Positions 37,672-47,529 of a DNA stretch of 60,384 bases are shown here, piece by piece. This DNA comes from an uncultured Thermoplasmatales archaeon (GTDB lineage: Archaea > Thermoplasmatota > E2 > UBA202 > JdFR-43). How positions within the stretch are numbered: position 1 is the stretch's first letter; every line of letters starts with the position of its first letter. The stretch covers positions 1-60,384 of the forward strand of contig CBEXJS010000002.1 in NCBI GenBank assembly GCA_965563795.1, read 5' to 3'. The position numbers and the translations under genes were made by a program. The notes under the pieces were generated by a model. It was not told where the DNA came from, made no database searches, and saw only the letters and a list, made by a program, of their open reading frames with translations.

Positions 37672-40212
37672 TTAATGCAATCCTATCATAAAAATTTTGG
37701 TGTTCGGAAGAAATTTTCTTCCAAGTAGGTATATTCCTTTGGAATCAAATTCTATGAATTCAAAAATAAATGGCTTAACTTTTATTTCAGAGTTTGTGGG
37801 GAAGCGAAGCCAGGGCCATATTTTTACCCATCCAGGATAAACGAAAATAGCATCTCCTTTCCATGGTTTCTTAAACAAAAAACTCGGGCCAAACCAACTA
37901 CCCCAATAGTTATAGGTAGCATTATCATGACAATTCTCTCCCTTTATGCCGTATTTTGAATTTCCAAATATATTGTTGTAGTTTATCTCATTGTTTTTTG
38001 TATTTGTCATGTTTATTCCAATTTGATTCTCGCAAATACAATTGTATTTTATCTTATTGGAGGTGGATATTTTTATTAATATGCCATAATTGTTAGACAC
38101 GATCTCATTTTTGAAAATAGAATTGTTAAATGAATCATATATGAAAATAGCTATATCATTGTTAGAGAAATTATTTCGAGATATATTAGCAAAACAAGCC
38201 CATGACATTGAAATTCCTTTTGTATTTTTACAGAAAGTATTTTTTATTATTTCATCATACCATGTACTCTCCATTAATAGCGCTTCTGAATTATTATAGA
38301 AAATATTGTATCCTACATAGTTATTAGAAGCTCTATTAATTTCAATACCTTGAAAATTATGAGAAATATTGCAGTTTGATATATTATTTGCATCTGAATC
38401 TAATGTAAGAATACCGGTAATGTTGCTGTAAAGTATATTACTGTTAATAATTTTGCAATTTTTCCCATTGAGAAGTAGAATACTTATGTTGTTATTGTTT
38501 AAAATACATTCATCAATAATGCAAGAAGTTGAATTATGTAATTCTATTCCAATAACGCTCTTTGTTAATATACTATTTACAATATTGCAATTATTTGAAA
38601 AACCTATTTCTATGCCCACTGTAGCATTGCTTATATTTTGATTTTTTATAATGACATTTGAGCAATTTGCAAGAATAACTTGTCCTACTCCAGATGGAAC
38701 TATTCCTCCTTTAATATTCTTCCAGTAATATACTGGTTTACCATTTACTGTATTTGTAACATCTATTTCATGTGTATTCCAGTATTTTAATGAATCTCCT
38801 CCTAATACAATTCCATTGTTAATCATTGTGTTGTTTGTAAGTGTGCAATTTATAGCTTCTATGGCGATGCCGACGAGTCCGTATTTAATTACATTATTAG
38901 CAATATAGTAGTTATTGGAGGCAATGATACCAACTAAATTTTGGTTAAAAGTGTTATTGGTAATGATACTGTTAGCAGATTTCGGAGGGTAAATACCATA
39001 TACATTACCTTTTATAGTGTTATTATCTATTATATTATTTTTTGAATGATATAAATAAATGCCATAGGAGAAATAAAAGCTATATAAGTCAAAATAAAAA
39101 GAGGTTATTTGTTTTTTTATCTCATTATTGCTAATTCTGCAATTATCGGAATAACGAAGTTCAATACCTTTTGTATTATTATCCACTACATTATTTACAA
39201 TATTGCAATTATTTGAAAAACCTATTTCTATGCCCACTGTAGCATTGCTTATATTTTGATTTTTTATAATGACATTTGAGCAATTTGCAAGAATAACTTG
39301 TCCTACTCCAGATGGAACTATTCCTCCTTTAATATTCTTCCAGTAATATACTGGTTTACCATTTACTGTATTTGTAACATCTATTTCATGTGTATTCCAG
39401 TATTTTAATGAATCTCCTCCTAATACAATTCCATTGTTAATCATTGTGTTGTTTGTAAGTGTGCAATTTATAGATTTATATAACATAATCCCTTTTTTAT
39501 TGTTATAAAGATAATTTTGTGTAACAATGCAATTGCTGGAATGATAAAACCAAATACCTGCGTAATTGTTATTGAGAATATTATTAGATACTGAAATATT
39601 AGCAGAATTTATCAAATGAATGCCATCCAAGTTGTTTATTTCGTTGCCAATGATACTGCAATTATTAGCTTCATATAAAACAACAAAACCATAACTTATA
39701 TTATTGCCAACAAATGCAAAATCACTTGAATACCTTATCGAGACACCATTTTCATATAAAATTACATTTTCTACTTCCCCGTTTCTAACATTTAAGAAAA
39801 CCATACCATAATTATAATTTTCTATGCCTTTGTATATATAGCAATTTCTTATTACAAAATATGCTGTTGTATTTTCTATTCTAATTCCGTCTGTAATGCT
39901 TGCATTTATTTCCCATCCTTCTATAATATATGGATTCTCTTTTGTTCCGTTTCCTCCAACAACACCATTCTCTTCTGTAAAGTTTTCATTCCCATTTATA
40001 TAAATTGGTGGGCGAGGGGTGTAGATATCAGGGACTTTCAAATGAGGAGTTTTATTTTGTATCTTTTCCTGATTAAATTTTAAATAATTAAAAAAAGGAT
40101 ATATTGAAATGGGACTTTCATCATCTTTTATTAAAATGTTTTTCTCTTCGTTCCCTACAGAAAAATTTGCAAATAAAAGAATGAAAAGAATGGCTATTAC
40201 CATCCTTCTCAT
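37672..40212 (-). CDS. Secreted right-handed parallel beta-helix repeat protein (PbH1/NosD-like)
   Basis: 846 aa with a signal peptide and tens of roughly 22-aa N/I/G-rich beta-helix coils (NNxIxxNxxGIxL). The C-terminal block is YNYWGSWFGP. It contains a perfect internal duplication. Confidence 0.75.
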   Translation of the reverse strand: MRRMVIAILFILLFANFSVGNEEKNILIKDDESPISIYPFFNYLKFNQEKIQNKTPHLKVPDIYTPRPPIYINGNENFTEENGVVGGNGTKENPYIIEGWEINASITDGIRIENTTAYFVIRNCYIYKGIENYNYGMVFLNVRNGEVENVILYENGVSIRYSSDFAFVGNNISYGFVVLYEANNCSIIGNEINNLDGIHLINSANISVSNNILNNNYAGIWFYHSSNCIVTQNYLYNNKKGIMLYKSINCTLTNNTMINNGIVLGGDSLKYWNTHEIDVTNTVNGKPVYYWKNIKGGIVPSGVGQVILANCSNVIIKNQNISNATVGIEIGFSNNCNIVNNVVDNNTKGIELRYSDNCRISNNEIKKQITSFYFDLYSFYFSYGIYLYHSKNNIIDNNTIKGNVYGIYPPKSANSIITNNTFNQNLVGIIASNNYYIANNVIKYGLVGIAIEAINCTLTNNTMINNGIVLGGDSLKYWNTHEIDVTNTVNGKPVYYWKNIKGGIVPSGVGQVILANCSNVIIKNQNISNATVGIEIGFSNNCNIVNSILTKSVIGIELHNSTSCIIDECILNNNNISILLLNGKNCKIINSNILYSNITGILTLDSDANNISNCNISHNFQGIEINRASNNYVGYNIFYNNSEALLMESTWYDEIIKNTFCKNTKGISMSWACFANISRNNFSNNDIAIFIYDSFNNSIFKNEIVSNNYGILIKISTSNKIKYNCICENQIGINMTNTKNNEINYNNIFGNSKYGIKGENCHDNATYNYWGSWFGPSFLFKKPWKGDAIFVYPGWVKIWPWLRFPTNSEIKVKPFIFEFIEFDSKGIYLLGRKFLPNTKIFMIGLH
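38574..38855. repeat. Copy 1 of a 282-bp perfect direct repeat inside the beta-helix gene
   Basis: Base-for-base identical by eye to 39192-39473. The offset is 618 bp (206 codons), which is in frame. Confidence 0.9.
39192..39473. repeat. Copy 2 of the 282-bp perfect direct repeat
   Basis: Identical to 38574-38855. It encodes ...CTLTNNTMINNGIVLGGDSLKYWNTHEIDVTNTVNGKPVYYWKNIKGGIVPSGVGQVILANCSNVIIKNQNISNATVGIEIGFSNNCNIVN. Confidence 0.9.
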
Positions 40213-40250
40213 AACATAATTATATTTAATGGATATTTAAAAATTCACAT

Positions 40251-43200
40251 TTATCCTATCTCTTTCACTTCTTCATAAATTTGTTTTAAAATTTCCATAT
40301 AATCTGCTTTTCCATTTTCTACCATGTCCATTTCTTCTTCAATTTTCCTTGTTCTTTCCTCGCTAACGAAGCTTCCGTAGTTTTGGCTCAAAAATTCATA
40401 AACTTCTTTTCCCCTTTTTGTCGGAATTATTTTTCCGTTTTTCTCTATTACATAATCTCTTATGAAAAGTTTTTCGACAATGGTAGCATAGGTAGAGGGG
40501 CGCCCAATGCCTTTTACACGCATGTCATGAATAACCTCTGACTGAGTATATAAAGGCATTTTCGGCAGATACTTTATTATAGCTTTTTTCCTGAATTTGC
40601 CTATCGGCAATTCATTTTTCACCCATACCGCCTTATATAAATCATATGCCCTTCCTTTTGCTTCAACAACTCTTTCTTCCTCAATTTCTTTTCCATCATA
40701 TTTTATTCTATATTTCTTTATCTTGACAATATATTCCTTGCATTGACTCGCCATAAATCTGCGGAAAATCAAATCATATAAAGCTAAATGTTGCCAGTCT
40801 ATATCCTCAACTTGCAAAACTTTTTCATGGATTAGGCGTTGAAGTAAATTCTTATCCCATGGGCGAGTTGGTCTAATGCATTCATGCGCTCCTTCCTTGA
40901 AGAATGTTCTACCCTTGAAATCATCGCCTAAAAACTCTTTTGCCACTCTCAGTCCAGCGTCGCTAACACGGGTTGAATCTGTTCTGTGATAAGTTATTAA
41001 ACCGCTTTCAAACAAAGTTTGGGCTATTTTCATTGCTTTATTTGCAGGAAGTTTTAGAATGGCATTTGCATCTTTCAGCATTTCATCAGTTGTATATGGT
41101 GGCAGTGGTTGCTTTTCCTCCTCTCTTTCTTCCAATAATTCAATCTCCAGCTTTATCTCTTCGCCTGCATTTTCAAGCATTAAGCCAAAGTCCTCAATTA
41201 TAGCTACTTTTTTCTTTTGCCTGTATTGCTTCTCCCTTTCAATTATCCATCCTAGCACGGGCGTTTGTGCTCTCCCTGCTGATAAATTTCTATTATTAAA
41301 AACATCCCATAATTTCTGGCTTAAACAAAATCCAATCCACCTGTCTTCTATCCTCCTCACAATTTGAGCCTTAACTAAATTTTCATCTATGTTTCGCAAA
41401 TTCTCAAAAGCATGTCTTATTGCTTTTGGAGTAATCTCATGAAATTCAGCTCTCCTTATTTTTCCACATCCTGCCAATAAATTTGCAATGTCCCAAGCAA
41501 TTTTTTCCCCTTCAGCATCTGGGTCTGTGCCTATAATTATTTCCTCCACTTCATAAGCAAGTTTTCTTAATGAGGAAATTCTATTCTTTGAATCATCTAT
41601 ATTCTCGCTTTTACATCTTATGCATATCTGGCTCTCTTCGGTAAATTGATAGCCACAATCCTTGCATCTTTTTATTGAAGCATATATAGGAACAAAGGTT
41701 CCATTTAGCTCTATACCATGAAATCCTCTATTTGTTATTAAATCTGTAAGATGCCCCAGGCTTGCTGTAATGAGCAATACATATTTTTCTGTAGCTACTT
41801 CATAAGCAATTGAATTTCCAATTACTTTAATGCTGGGCTTACCAAAGAAACGAGAAATTTGCTTGGCTTTTGTTGGACTCTCTACAATGAATAATGCCGG
41901 TTTAATCAAATCCTTCTTTTCTTCCTTCCTTTCCTTTCTGCTTTCCTCTACTTCCTTTTTTAACTTCTCAAAGTCTATCTCCTCCAATCTTTTAAACTCA
42001 ATATCATAATAGCTTGCTCTTTCTATAAATGCTCTTAAAATTTCGCCATCATCTTCAAAAAGAAATGATGCTCCTTTTGTTATTCCTCCTGCCAGCAAAC
42101 GAGATGTTCTGCCAGATCCTTGTATATAAGTTCTTACATCAGGAAATATGATTTCTCCTTTTCGAAGGACAAAATCTCTTTCTTCTTTTATTCCTTCTTC
42201 CATTATTCTTTTTATTGCTAATTTTAATTCCTCAAATTCCTTCCTTTTTTCGATAGTTGGCAAAATAGGAATAAATTTCTTTATCTCTTCCCTATTCCTA
42301 AATAAGTTGGCTATAACTTTTATTGCATTTGGGCTAAGCTCATCAATTTCTTCAATTCTTATTCTATTGACGGGGGCGCCAATAAAAACAGCATACTTTA
42401 TCTCTTTCGGCAAGTCTATGCCCCTAATTAAAGCTCCATAGTAATATGCGGTGCCTATAAGAAAATCAAGTTCTCCTTCCTTAAATTTCTCAAATGCTTC
42501 TTTACTTTTTGATGTTACTAATCCAATCTTAAATTCATCTTTTAGCTTTTCATACCATTTCTCACATTCTTCTATACTCCTCGCATATATTATTACTCCT
42601 TTTTTCAGCTTATTCAAAAGTTTTTTTATTTCTGCTTCATTTTCCCCTTCAATATAAACATCTTCAATATTTCTTATGGTAAAATAGGAAGAGCCTATAT
42701 CAAAGTTTAAAAGTTGCCTGAATAGTTCTGCTTTCTTTCCTTTTTTAGCCGTTGCTGTTGAAACCATTAAAATTCCCTTTGCTTTACCTTTCCATTTGCC
42801 ATCATAATAAAAGCCCAGCAAGCTTAAGATTCTATCAATGTTGCGAGAAGCTTTTAAAATAGCATCAACATCATCAACAAAGATGAAGTCAAATGTTATT
42901 CCTTTTAAATCGTCGAAATGCTTTGCTAAAAATTGCGTAGTAGTCAACAAAATTTTGAATTCCTTATTTTTAAGTTTTTCAAAAAATTCTTCTTTTTCTT
43001 TCATCCCTCCATAGTAGTAAAGCACTTTTTCTTTCAGCTTAAGCTTTTCAGAAATTTTATTTATTGTTTCTAAAGATTGCTGAACTAGGAGAGTTGTTGG
43101 AAAAATAAGATAGCTTTTTTTGCCTTTCTTTGCAAAGAATAATGCCATTGTAATGCCAAATGAACTCTTGCCAATTCCTGTTGGAGCTACGGCGGCGAAA

Positions 43201-43418
43201 CTTTCTCCTCTTAATATCCTTTTTGCCCAAAATTTCTGCAATGCTCTTGGCTTTCCTATAGCTTTTTCAAAGAAGCTAAAAAATTCATTGATTATTTCTT
43301 CTTCTTTTGCATAACAAAGTGGCTTGTTTTTTTCCTCGCATTTATTTAAAGCTATTTCCTCAGTAGCTAAATCTTTTTTGCATATGGGGCATAGATTTGC
43401 ATATTTTGCTTCAATCAT
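40251..43418 (-). CDS. rgy: Reverse gyrase
   Basis: 1055 aa. It has an N-terminal zinc finger CPICKK...C and helicase motifs APTGIGKS and VDDVD. A Toprim/topoisomerase IA half follows (LFIVESPTKAKQI, TDPDAEGE, ITYHRTDS). Confidence 0.92.
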   Translation of the reverse strand: MIEAKYANLCPICKKDLATEEIALNKCEEKNKPLCYAKEEEIINEFFSFFEKAIGKPRALQKFWAKRILRGESFAAVAPTGIGKSSFGITMALFFAKKGKKSYLIFPTTLLVQQSLETINKISEKLKLKEKVLYYYGGMKEKEEFFEKLKNKEFKILLTTTQFLAKHFDDLKGITFDFIFVDDVDAILKASRNIDRILSLLGFYYDGKWKGKAKGILMVSTATAKKGKKAELFRQLLNFDIGSSYFTIRNIEDVYIEGENEAEIKKLLNKLKKGVIIYARSIEECEKWYEKLKDEFKIGLVTSKSKEAFEKFKEGELDFLIGTAYYYGALIRGIDLPKEIKYAVFIGAPVNRIRIEEIDELSPNAIKVIANLFRNREEIKKFIPILPTIEKRKEFEELKLAIKRIMEEGIKEERDFVLRKGEIIFPDVRTYIQGSGRTSRLLAGGITKGASFLFEDDGEILRAFIERASYYDIEFKRLEEIDFEKLKKEVEESRKERKEEKKDLIKPALFIVESPTKAKQISRFFGKPSIKVIGNSIAYEVATEKYVLLITASLGHLTDLITNRGFHGIELNGTFVPIYASIKRCKDCGYQFTEESQICIRCKSENIDDSKNRISSLRKLAYEVEEIIIGTDPDAEGEKIAWDIANLLAGCGKIRRAEFHEITPKAIRHAFENLRNIDENLVKAQIVRRIEDRWIGFCLSQKLWDVFNNRNLSAGRAQTPVLGWIIEREKQYRQKKKVAIIEDFGLMLENAGEEIKLEIELLEEREEEKQPLPPYTTDEMLKDANAILKLPANKAMKIAQTLFESGLITYHRTDSTRVSDAGLRVAKEFLGDDFKGRTFFKEGAHECIRPTRPWDKNLLQRLIHEKVLQVEDIDWQHLALYDLIFRRFMASQCKEYIVKIKKYRIKYDGKEIEEERVVEAKGRAYDLYKAVWVKNELPIGKFRKKAIIKYLPKMPLYTQSEVIHDMRVKGIGRPSTYATIVEKLFIRDYVIEKNGKIIPTKRGKEVYEFLSQNYGSFVSEERTRKIEEEMDMVENGKADYMEILKQIYEEVKEIG

Positions 43419-44004
43419 GCAATTTTTCCTTTATTTTGTGCAATAGTTCGGCAGGGCTTTTTACAGGATATTCTATTTCTTCCAAAATTTGTTCAACATC
43501 TTTTCCCATTATTTTCATTCCTGCCAGTCTTTCCTTAAGCTTTTCTTTCTCTACAGGAAAATCTAAGCCTTTTATCTCCGCTAAAACATGAACAGCCCAA
43601 TCTATACCCAAAGCTTCTGCTTCCTCCTTCTTCAATTCAACTTTTTCTAACTCGCCAGCCTGCTTTAGCTTTTTATAAGCAAGCTTTGCAATTCCTCCCG
43701 CAATGTGCTCTCCTGGTCTTTCTCCGCCTTCCATAACATATTCTTTAACTTTTTCCTCATCTGCTGTTGCAATATTTTTGGCAGTTTGCTCTGTTATGCC
43801 CAAAATTTCTGCTATCTGGCTGTATGTCTTGAAAGCCTCATTTTTAAGCACAATTACATAAGCAGCTTCCGCTAAAGAAGGAAGCCATGTTAAGTTGCGA
43901 TACTCAACCAGCTTTTTCAACCCTCCCAAAATTCTTATACTCTCCATAAAAACTTTTTCAGCCATTTCATCTATATTTCCACCAACAGGCTTTATTACTT
44001 CCAT
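43411..44004 (-). CDS. HTH-containing protein co-transcribed with KaiC-like ATPase (KaiC-associated regulatory protein-like)
   Basis: 197 aa with HTH-like segment TYSQIAEILGITEQTAKNIA. It starts 5 nt after the KaiC-like gene and overlaps rgy by 8 nt (ATGATTGA). Confidence 0.5.
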   Translation of the reverse strand: MEVIKPVGGNIDEMAEKVFMESIRILGGLKKLVEYRNLTWLPSLAEAAYVIVLKNEAFKTYSQIAEILGITEQTAKNIATADEEKVKEYVMEGGERPGEHIAGGIAKLAYKKLKQAGELEKVELKKEEAEALGIDWAVHVLAEIKGLDFPVEKEKLKERLAGMKIMGKDVEQILEEIEYPVKSPAELLHKIKEKLHD

Positions 44005-44008
44005 TTCA

Positions 44009-44854
44009 TCACCTCCTTATATATTCTGCCAGAGGAGCTATAATTTCAACAGTTCCCAACTCAGTAATTTCAAAAACCCATGTTCTTGTGTCATGCCCAG
44101 CTAGCCTGCAACCATCAATTCTTATTGTCCTTACAACATCTCCTATTGGCTTTTTATACAATGTTGCTTCTCTCTGACTCATTATAAGTTTTTTATCAAC
44201 AACAATTGTCCCATCAACAATGTGGGCAACAGCAAGCCCCCCAGCAGCCTCAACGCTTTCTGATGCCTGAGCGCTTCTTTTTTGAGAAATAAACAAGCCT
44301 GTTTGCTTCCACTTTTTGAGGAAATTAAAGAATTGCCTCACAATCTGACGAGCCATCATTTCTTTATGCTCATATAATCCAGTTATACTGTCTATAATAA
44401 CATTTGTCACCTTTTTTTCTTTAATGGCATAAGCCATTGTATCCATCAAAGTTTTTGGATTTTCCCTTAACTCTTCTTCAGCTGAAGCATCTATTACAAC
44501 TATATTTTCTTGGGTCTCCTCAAAATTTAAACCCAAAACTTTACATTTTTCTTTTATTGCATTGTATAAAAAGTTGGCTGGGCTTTCAACAGTAACAAAC
44601 AAAACTTTATAGCCTTTCGATGCCTGATAGGCAGCAAATTGCTCAGCAAATAGACTTTTTCCAGTATCAGGTGTGCCAGTAATATTGAATATAGATAAAT
44701 ATGGCAAGCCCCCTAACGGTTTTTTAACTAATGAACCATCCTCTTCTTCCACCTTAAAAAACATCTCATCTAGTTTAGTTCCTGTTGGTATGCCGAATAG
44801 TTTTGGTGCTTTTGTTTCTAATTCTTTTAACTCATAGTATCCATATTCTGGCAT
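44009..44854 (-). CDS. Single-domain KaiC/RadA-like (RecA-superfamily) ATPase
   Basis: 281 aa with Walker A GTPDTGKS and Walker B VIIDSI. Architecture is KaiC-like. Confidence 0.75.
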   Translation of the reverse strand: MPEYGYYELKELETKAPKLFGIPTGTKLDEMFFKVEEEDGSLVKKPLGGLPYLSIFNITGTPDTGKSLFAEQFAAYQASKGYKVLFVTVESPANFLYNAIKEKCKVLGLNFEETQENIVVIDASAEEELRENPKTLMDTMAYAIKEKKVTNVIIDSITGLYEHKEMMARQIVRQFFNFLKKWKQTGLFISQKRSAQASESVEAAGGLAVAHIVDGTIVVDKKLIMSQREATLYKKPIGDVVRTIRIDGCRLAGHDTRTWVFEITELGTVEIIAPLAEYIRR

Positions 44855-44879
44855 TAGAAATATATGGATAACCTATTAA

Positions 44880-45000
44880 TAAAGGTTATGAGATAGGATT
44901 ATGCAAGAAGAGACACAGTTTTATAACTCTAATGAAAATCTTTTGTTACTCAAAATAGAAAAGAGGCGTTGTCATAGTAAATTCCTTTTACTTCATTCAT
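44880..45000. repeat. Degenerate repeat units between C25 paralog 3 and the KaiC-like gene
   Basis: AAAGGTTATGAGATAGGATTATGCAAGAAGAGA... is in plus orientation. GTTGTCATAGTAAATTCCTTTTACTTCATTCAT is a short form in minus orientation. Confidence 0.5.
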
Positions 45001-45034
45001 CAAACTCGCTATAATAAAAAATAAATGGGAGGAG

Positions 45035-47506
45035 TTATGGATATCCTCCTATTTTTAGGCTTGGATCCCCTAGCAAAACCCACTGTTGCACCGTCTTTTC
45101 ATCTATCCAGTCCCATCCCAAATCTGGATACCACCAGCACTCTGGCAGAGTAAATTCCTTGAAATGCTGTATATAGCTATTTATTGTTTGCACGTAATTT
45201 ATGCCAAGCATGTTATATCCATGCTCACCGTATTGTCTAAAGAATTCAGATGTAATCCATCCATCTCCAGCACCAACAGTACACCATTCTCCTTCCCATC
45301 CCCATCCATAGCCAGTGTTGCCCATTGATGCTATTGCTCCAGTGTTAGGTAATCTAACGAGGCACCATGACAGGCACTCTGGAACAAGCTGTCCGTATGT
45401 ATGCATCCATATGTTTTTTCCCATAAACAGGAGGAACAAATGCAATACAGATGGAACAGCTGAAACGTTAAACTGGCTATTATGACATCCTCCGATAACT
45501 GTAATTGGCCACTTTCCTTCATTTGAAATTTCTTTTAGGGGGAACAATGGAAAGCTAATGTATGGGAAGTAACCTTTTACTTGAGATACAACAAGCCCAG
45601 CAAGCTGAGCATATCTTCTATTTCCTGGTATTCCTGGCAAGTGATCCCCCCAGAATCCAGGGCTTCCATGACCGGAGAGAAAAGCAAATCCATGTCCCTT
45701 GCTATATGCATCTATTACATCATCCATACCAGTATACCTTCCATTTGAGGTCCATAGTATATCTCTTTCAAAGTCATCTGGCATGTAATACAATGCTCCT
45801 CCTCTTCCATGCAACTCTTTCTCACCAGTTACCCATTCTCCTTCATAATACATTTCTGTATTGTTGCGCCATGCTTCAAAAACAACTTCGCCATCCTCAT
45901 TTTCTACCCATACATGAATGCTTGTTACATTTCCATATGGCTTTGGATCATATGATTTGCCCCTTATTGTAAGGATACCATTTTCATAACTTATATCTGC
46001 CCAGTGGAATAATTCATTACAATATGCTTCCCATTCTGATGGAGTATAGGTATAGTCTGTATTGCCTAAAATATCTCCATCTGATACGCTAACAATCTCT
46101 GCAATTGGAGGAGCAGGATATCCATTTTGCAAAGCTGGATTTAAATGATCATCATGATTGAAAGTAAGTTTTGTTTCCTTGCTTCTATCTATAGTAATGT
46201 GAATTTCATCAATTGGGCCTGCTTCGCCTTCATCATTTATGCTTTGGGCATAAATGACATATTTTCCATCTGGCAATCCTTTTGTATCCCATGTAATGTT
46301 CAAGTCTTGCTGATCAAGAAATCCATCTCCAGATACAACCAAAATCCTTTTGAACCACTGGCTACCATAAGCATTTTTCTCATATTCAATGATTTTATTT
46401 ACCACATCTTCAACTTCCTTAAGATTTCTGCATGCAAGCCTTCCAACAGCAACATCTGGATATAAGTCTAAAACATCATCCGGTTCTTTTTCGATATCAA
46501 GCCATTCTGCAAATATACCATTGCCATTGCTGTCCCAGTCATCAAATTCTCCCCCTTCTTTATATATGTCTGCATAATATAAATCGCAAAGATAACCTGG
46601 CTCTTCAGCTATAAGGTTTGAATATCTTACTGGCAAATGCCATCCAGTTACGCCAGCATTTTTATTATCTTTTGGCTTTGCATATATTAATGATTTTAAT
46701 CCACCTACAAGTAATACATATTTTATTCCATATTGTTCAATTGCATTTTTAATGAAATATTTTATTTTCTCTGGCTCATCTCTGCCATTGTATTTGCTGT
46801 AAATTTCTTCAGTAGTCATTAAAAATGTTTTTACTCCATAGTTATTTTTATGCTCAACAAGCTTTTGCAATGCATCAGAAAATTCTGAAGGAGCTATAAT
46901 CACCATATCATATACATCTCTCTGTATCCATGGTTTCTTTGGAGGTAAATAACTTATTTTTATTTCTGCATTCTTAGCCACAACCACCTTATTTTCTGCT
47001 GGCAAATATCTTACTGGATAAATGTTTACTGTAACAAAAGTAACATGCTCCATTTTCTCATTTAGCCCACAACCTACTCTATAACTATACCAGCCAGATG
47101 GATAAAGCTTATTGCTGGAATAAACCTCTTCATCTTTTCCTAGAGGATGGTATCCTTTTATTGGCGTTAATGGCATAGGAGCAGGAGCTGGCATTATCTG
47201 CTTTTCTATGATTTTTTCCTCTACTTCTTTTACCTCCACCTCCACTTTTACGTTCCTTACACCAAATGGAAGCTCAAAAATTTTTAGTACTCTTGGAAGC
47301 ATTGGTTTGCCAGGAGCCATAATGTATAATTCCTCTCCATTTTCATTGGGCATTTTTATCCTTATATAGTTTTCTTTTTGCGTGAATTTCGGCTCAAAGA
47401 ATTGCACTTTTATTTTCTTGGTATATTCTTCAGCATTGCTAAATGTTATTCCTCCAAAAATTAGTATGGTAACTATTGCAATAGCTACTACTCTTTTCAT
47501 TTTCAC
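45035..47506 (-). CDS. Secreted peptidase C25 (gingipain-like), paralog 3
   Basis: 823 aa with a signal peptide. Blocks are YDMVIIAPS and EPEKIKYFIKNAIEQYGIKYVLLVGG. Dyad contexts are AFLSGHGSPG and ITVIGGCHNSQF. The C-terminus is LLGDPSLKIGGYP. It carries a roughly 200-aa insertion between the halves relative to paralog 1. Confidence 0.8.
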   Translation of the reverse strand: MKMKRVVAIAIVTILIFGGITFSNAEEYTKKIKVQFFEPKFTQKENYIRIKMPNENGEELYIMAPGKPMLPRVLKIFELPFGVRNVKVEVEVKEVEEKIIEKQIMPAPAPMPLTPIKGYHPLGKDEEVYSSNKLYPSGWYSYRVGCGLNEKMEHVTFVTVNIYPVRYLPAENKVVVAKNAEIKISYLPPKKPWIQRDVYDMVIIAPSEFSDALQKLVEHKNNYGVKTFLMTTEEIYSKYNGRDEPEKIKYFIKNAIEQYGIKYVLLVGGLKSLIYAKPKDNKNAGVTGWHLPVRYSNLIAEEPGYLCDLYYADIYKEGGEFDDWDSNGNGIFAEWLDIEKEPDDVLDLYPDVAVGRLACRNLKEVEDVVNKIIEYEKNAYGSQWFKRILVVSGDGFLDQQDLNITWDTKGLPDGKYVIYAQSINDEGEAGPIDEIHITIDRSKETKLTFNHDDHLNPALQNGYPAPPIAEIVSVSDGDILGNTDYTYTPSEWEAYCNELFHWADISYENGILTIRGKSYDPKPYGNVTSIHVWVENEDGEVVFEAWRNNTEMYYEGEWVTGEKELHGRGGALYYMPDDFERDILWTSNGRYTGMDDVIDAYSKGHGFAFLSGHGSPGFWGDHLPGIPGNRRYAQLAGLVVSQVKGYFPYISFPLFPLKEISNEGKWPITVIGGCHNSQFNVSAVPSVLHLFLLFMGKNIWMHTYGQLVPECLSWCLVRLPNTGAIASMGNTGYGWGWEGEWCTVGAGDGWITSEFFRQYGEHGYNMLGINYVQTINSYIQHFKEFTLPECWWYPDLGWDWIDEKTVQQWVLLGDPSLKIGGYP

Positions 47507-47529
47507 CTCCCAAAAACAAATAAATTCAT

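Noticed and set aside
38574-39473. The 282-bp perfect repeat considered as two copies of an inserted mobile element
   Set aside because: Both copies are in frame and encode ordinary beta-helix coils continuous with their flanks. They have no terminal inverted repeats or transposase. An intragenic duplication is the simpler reading.
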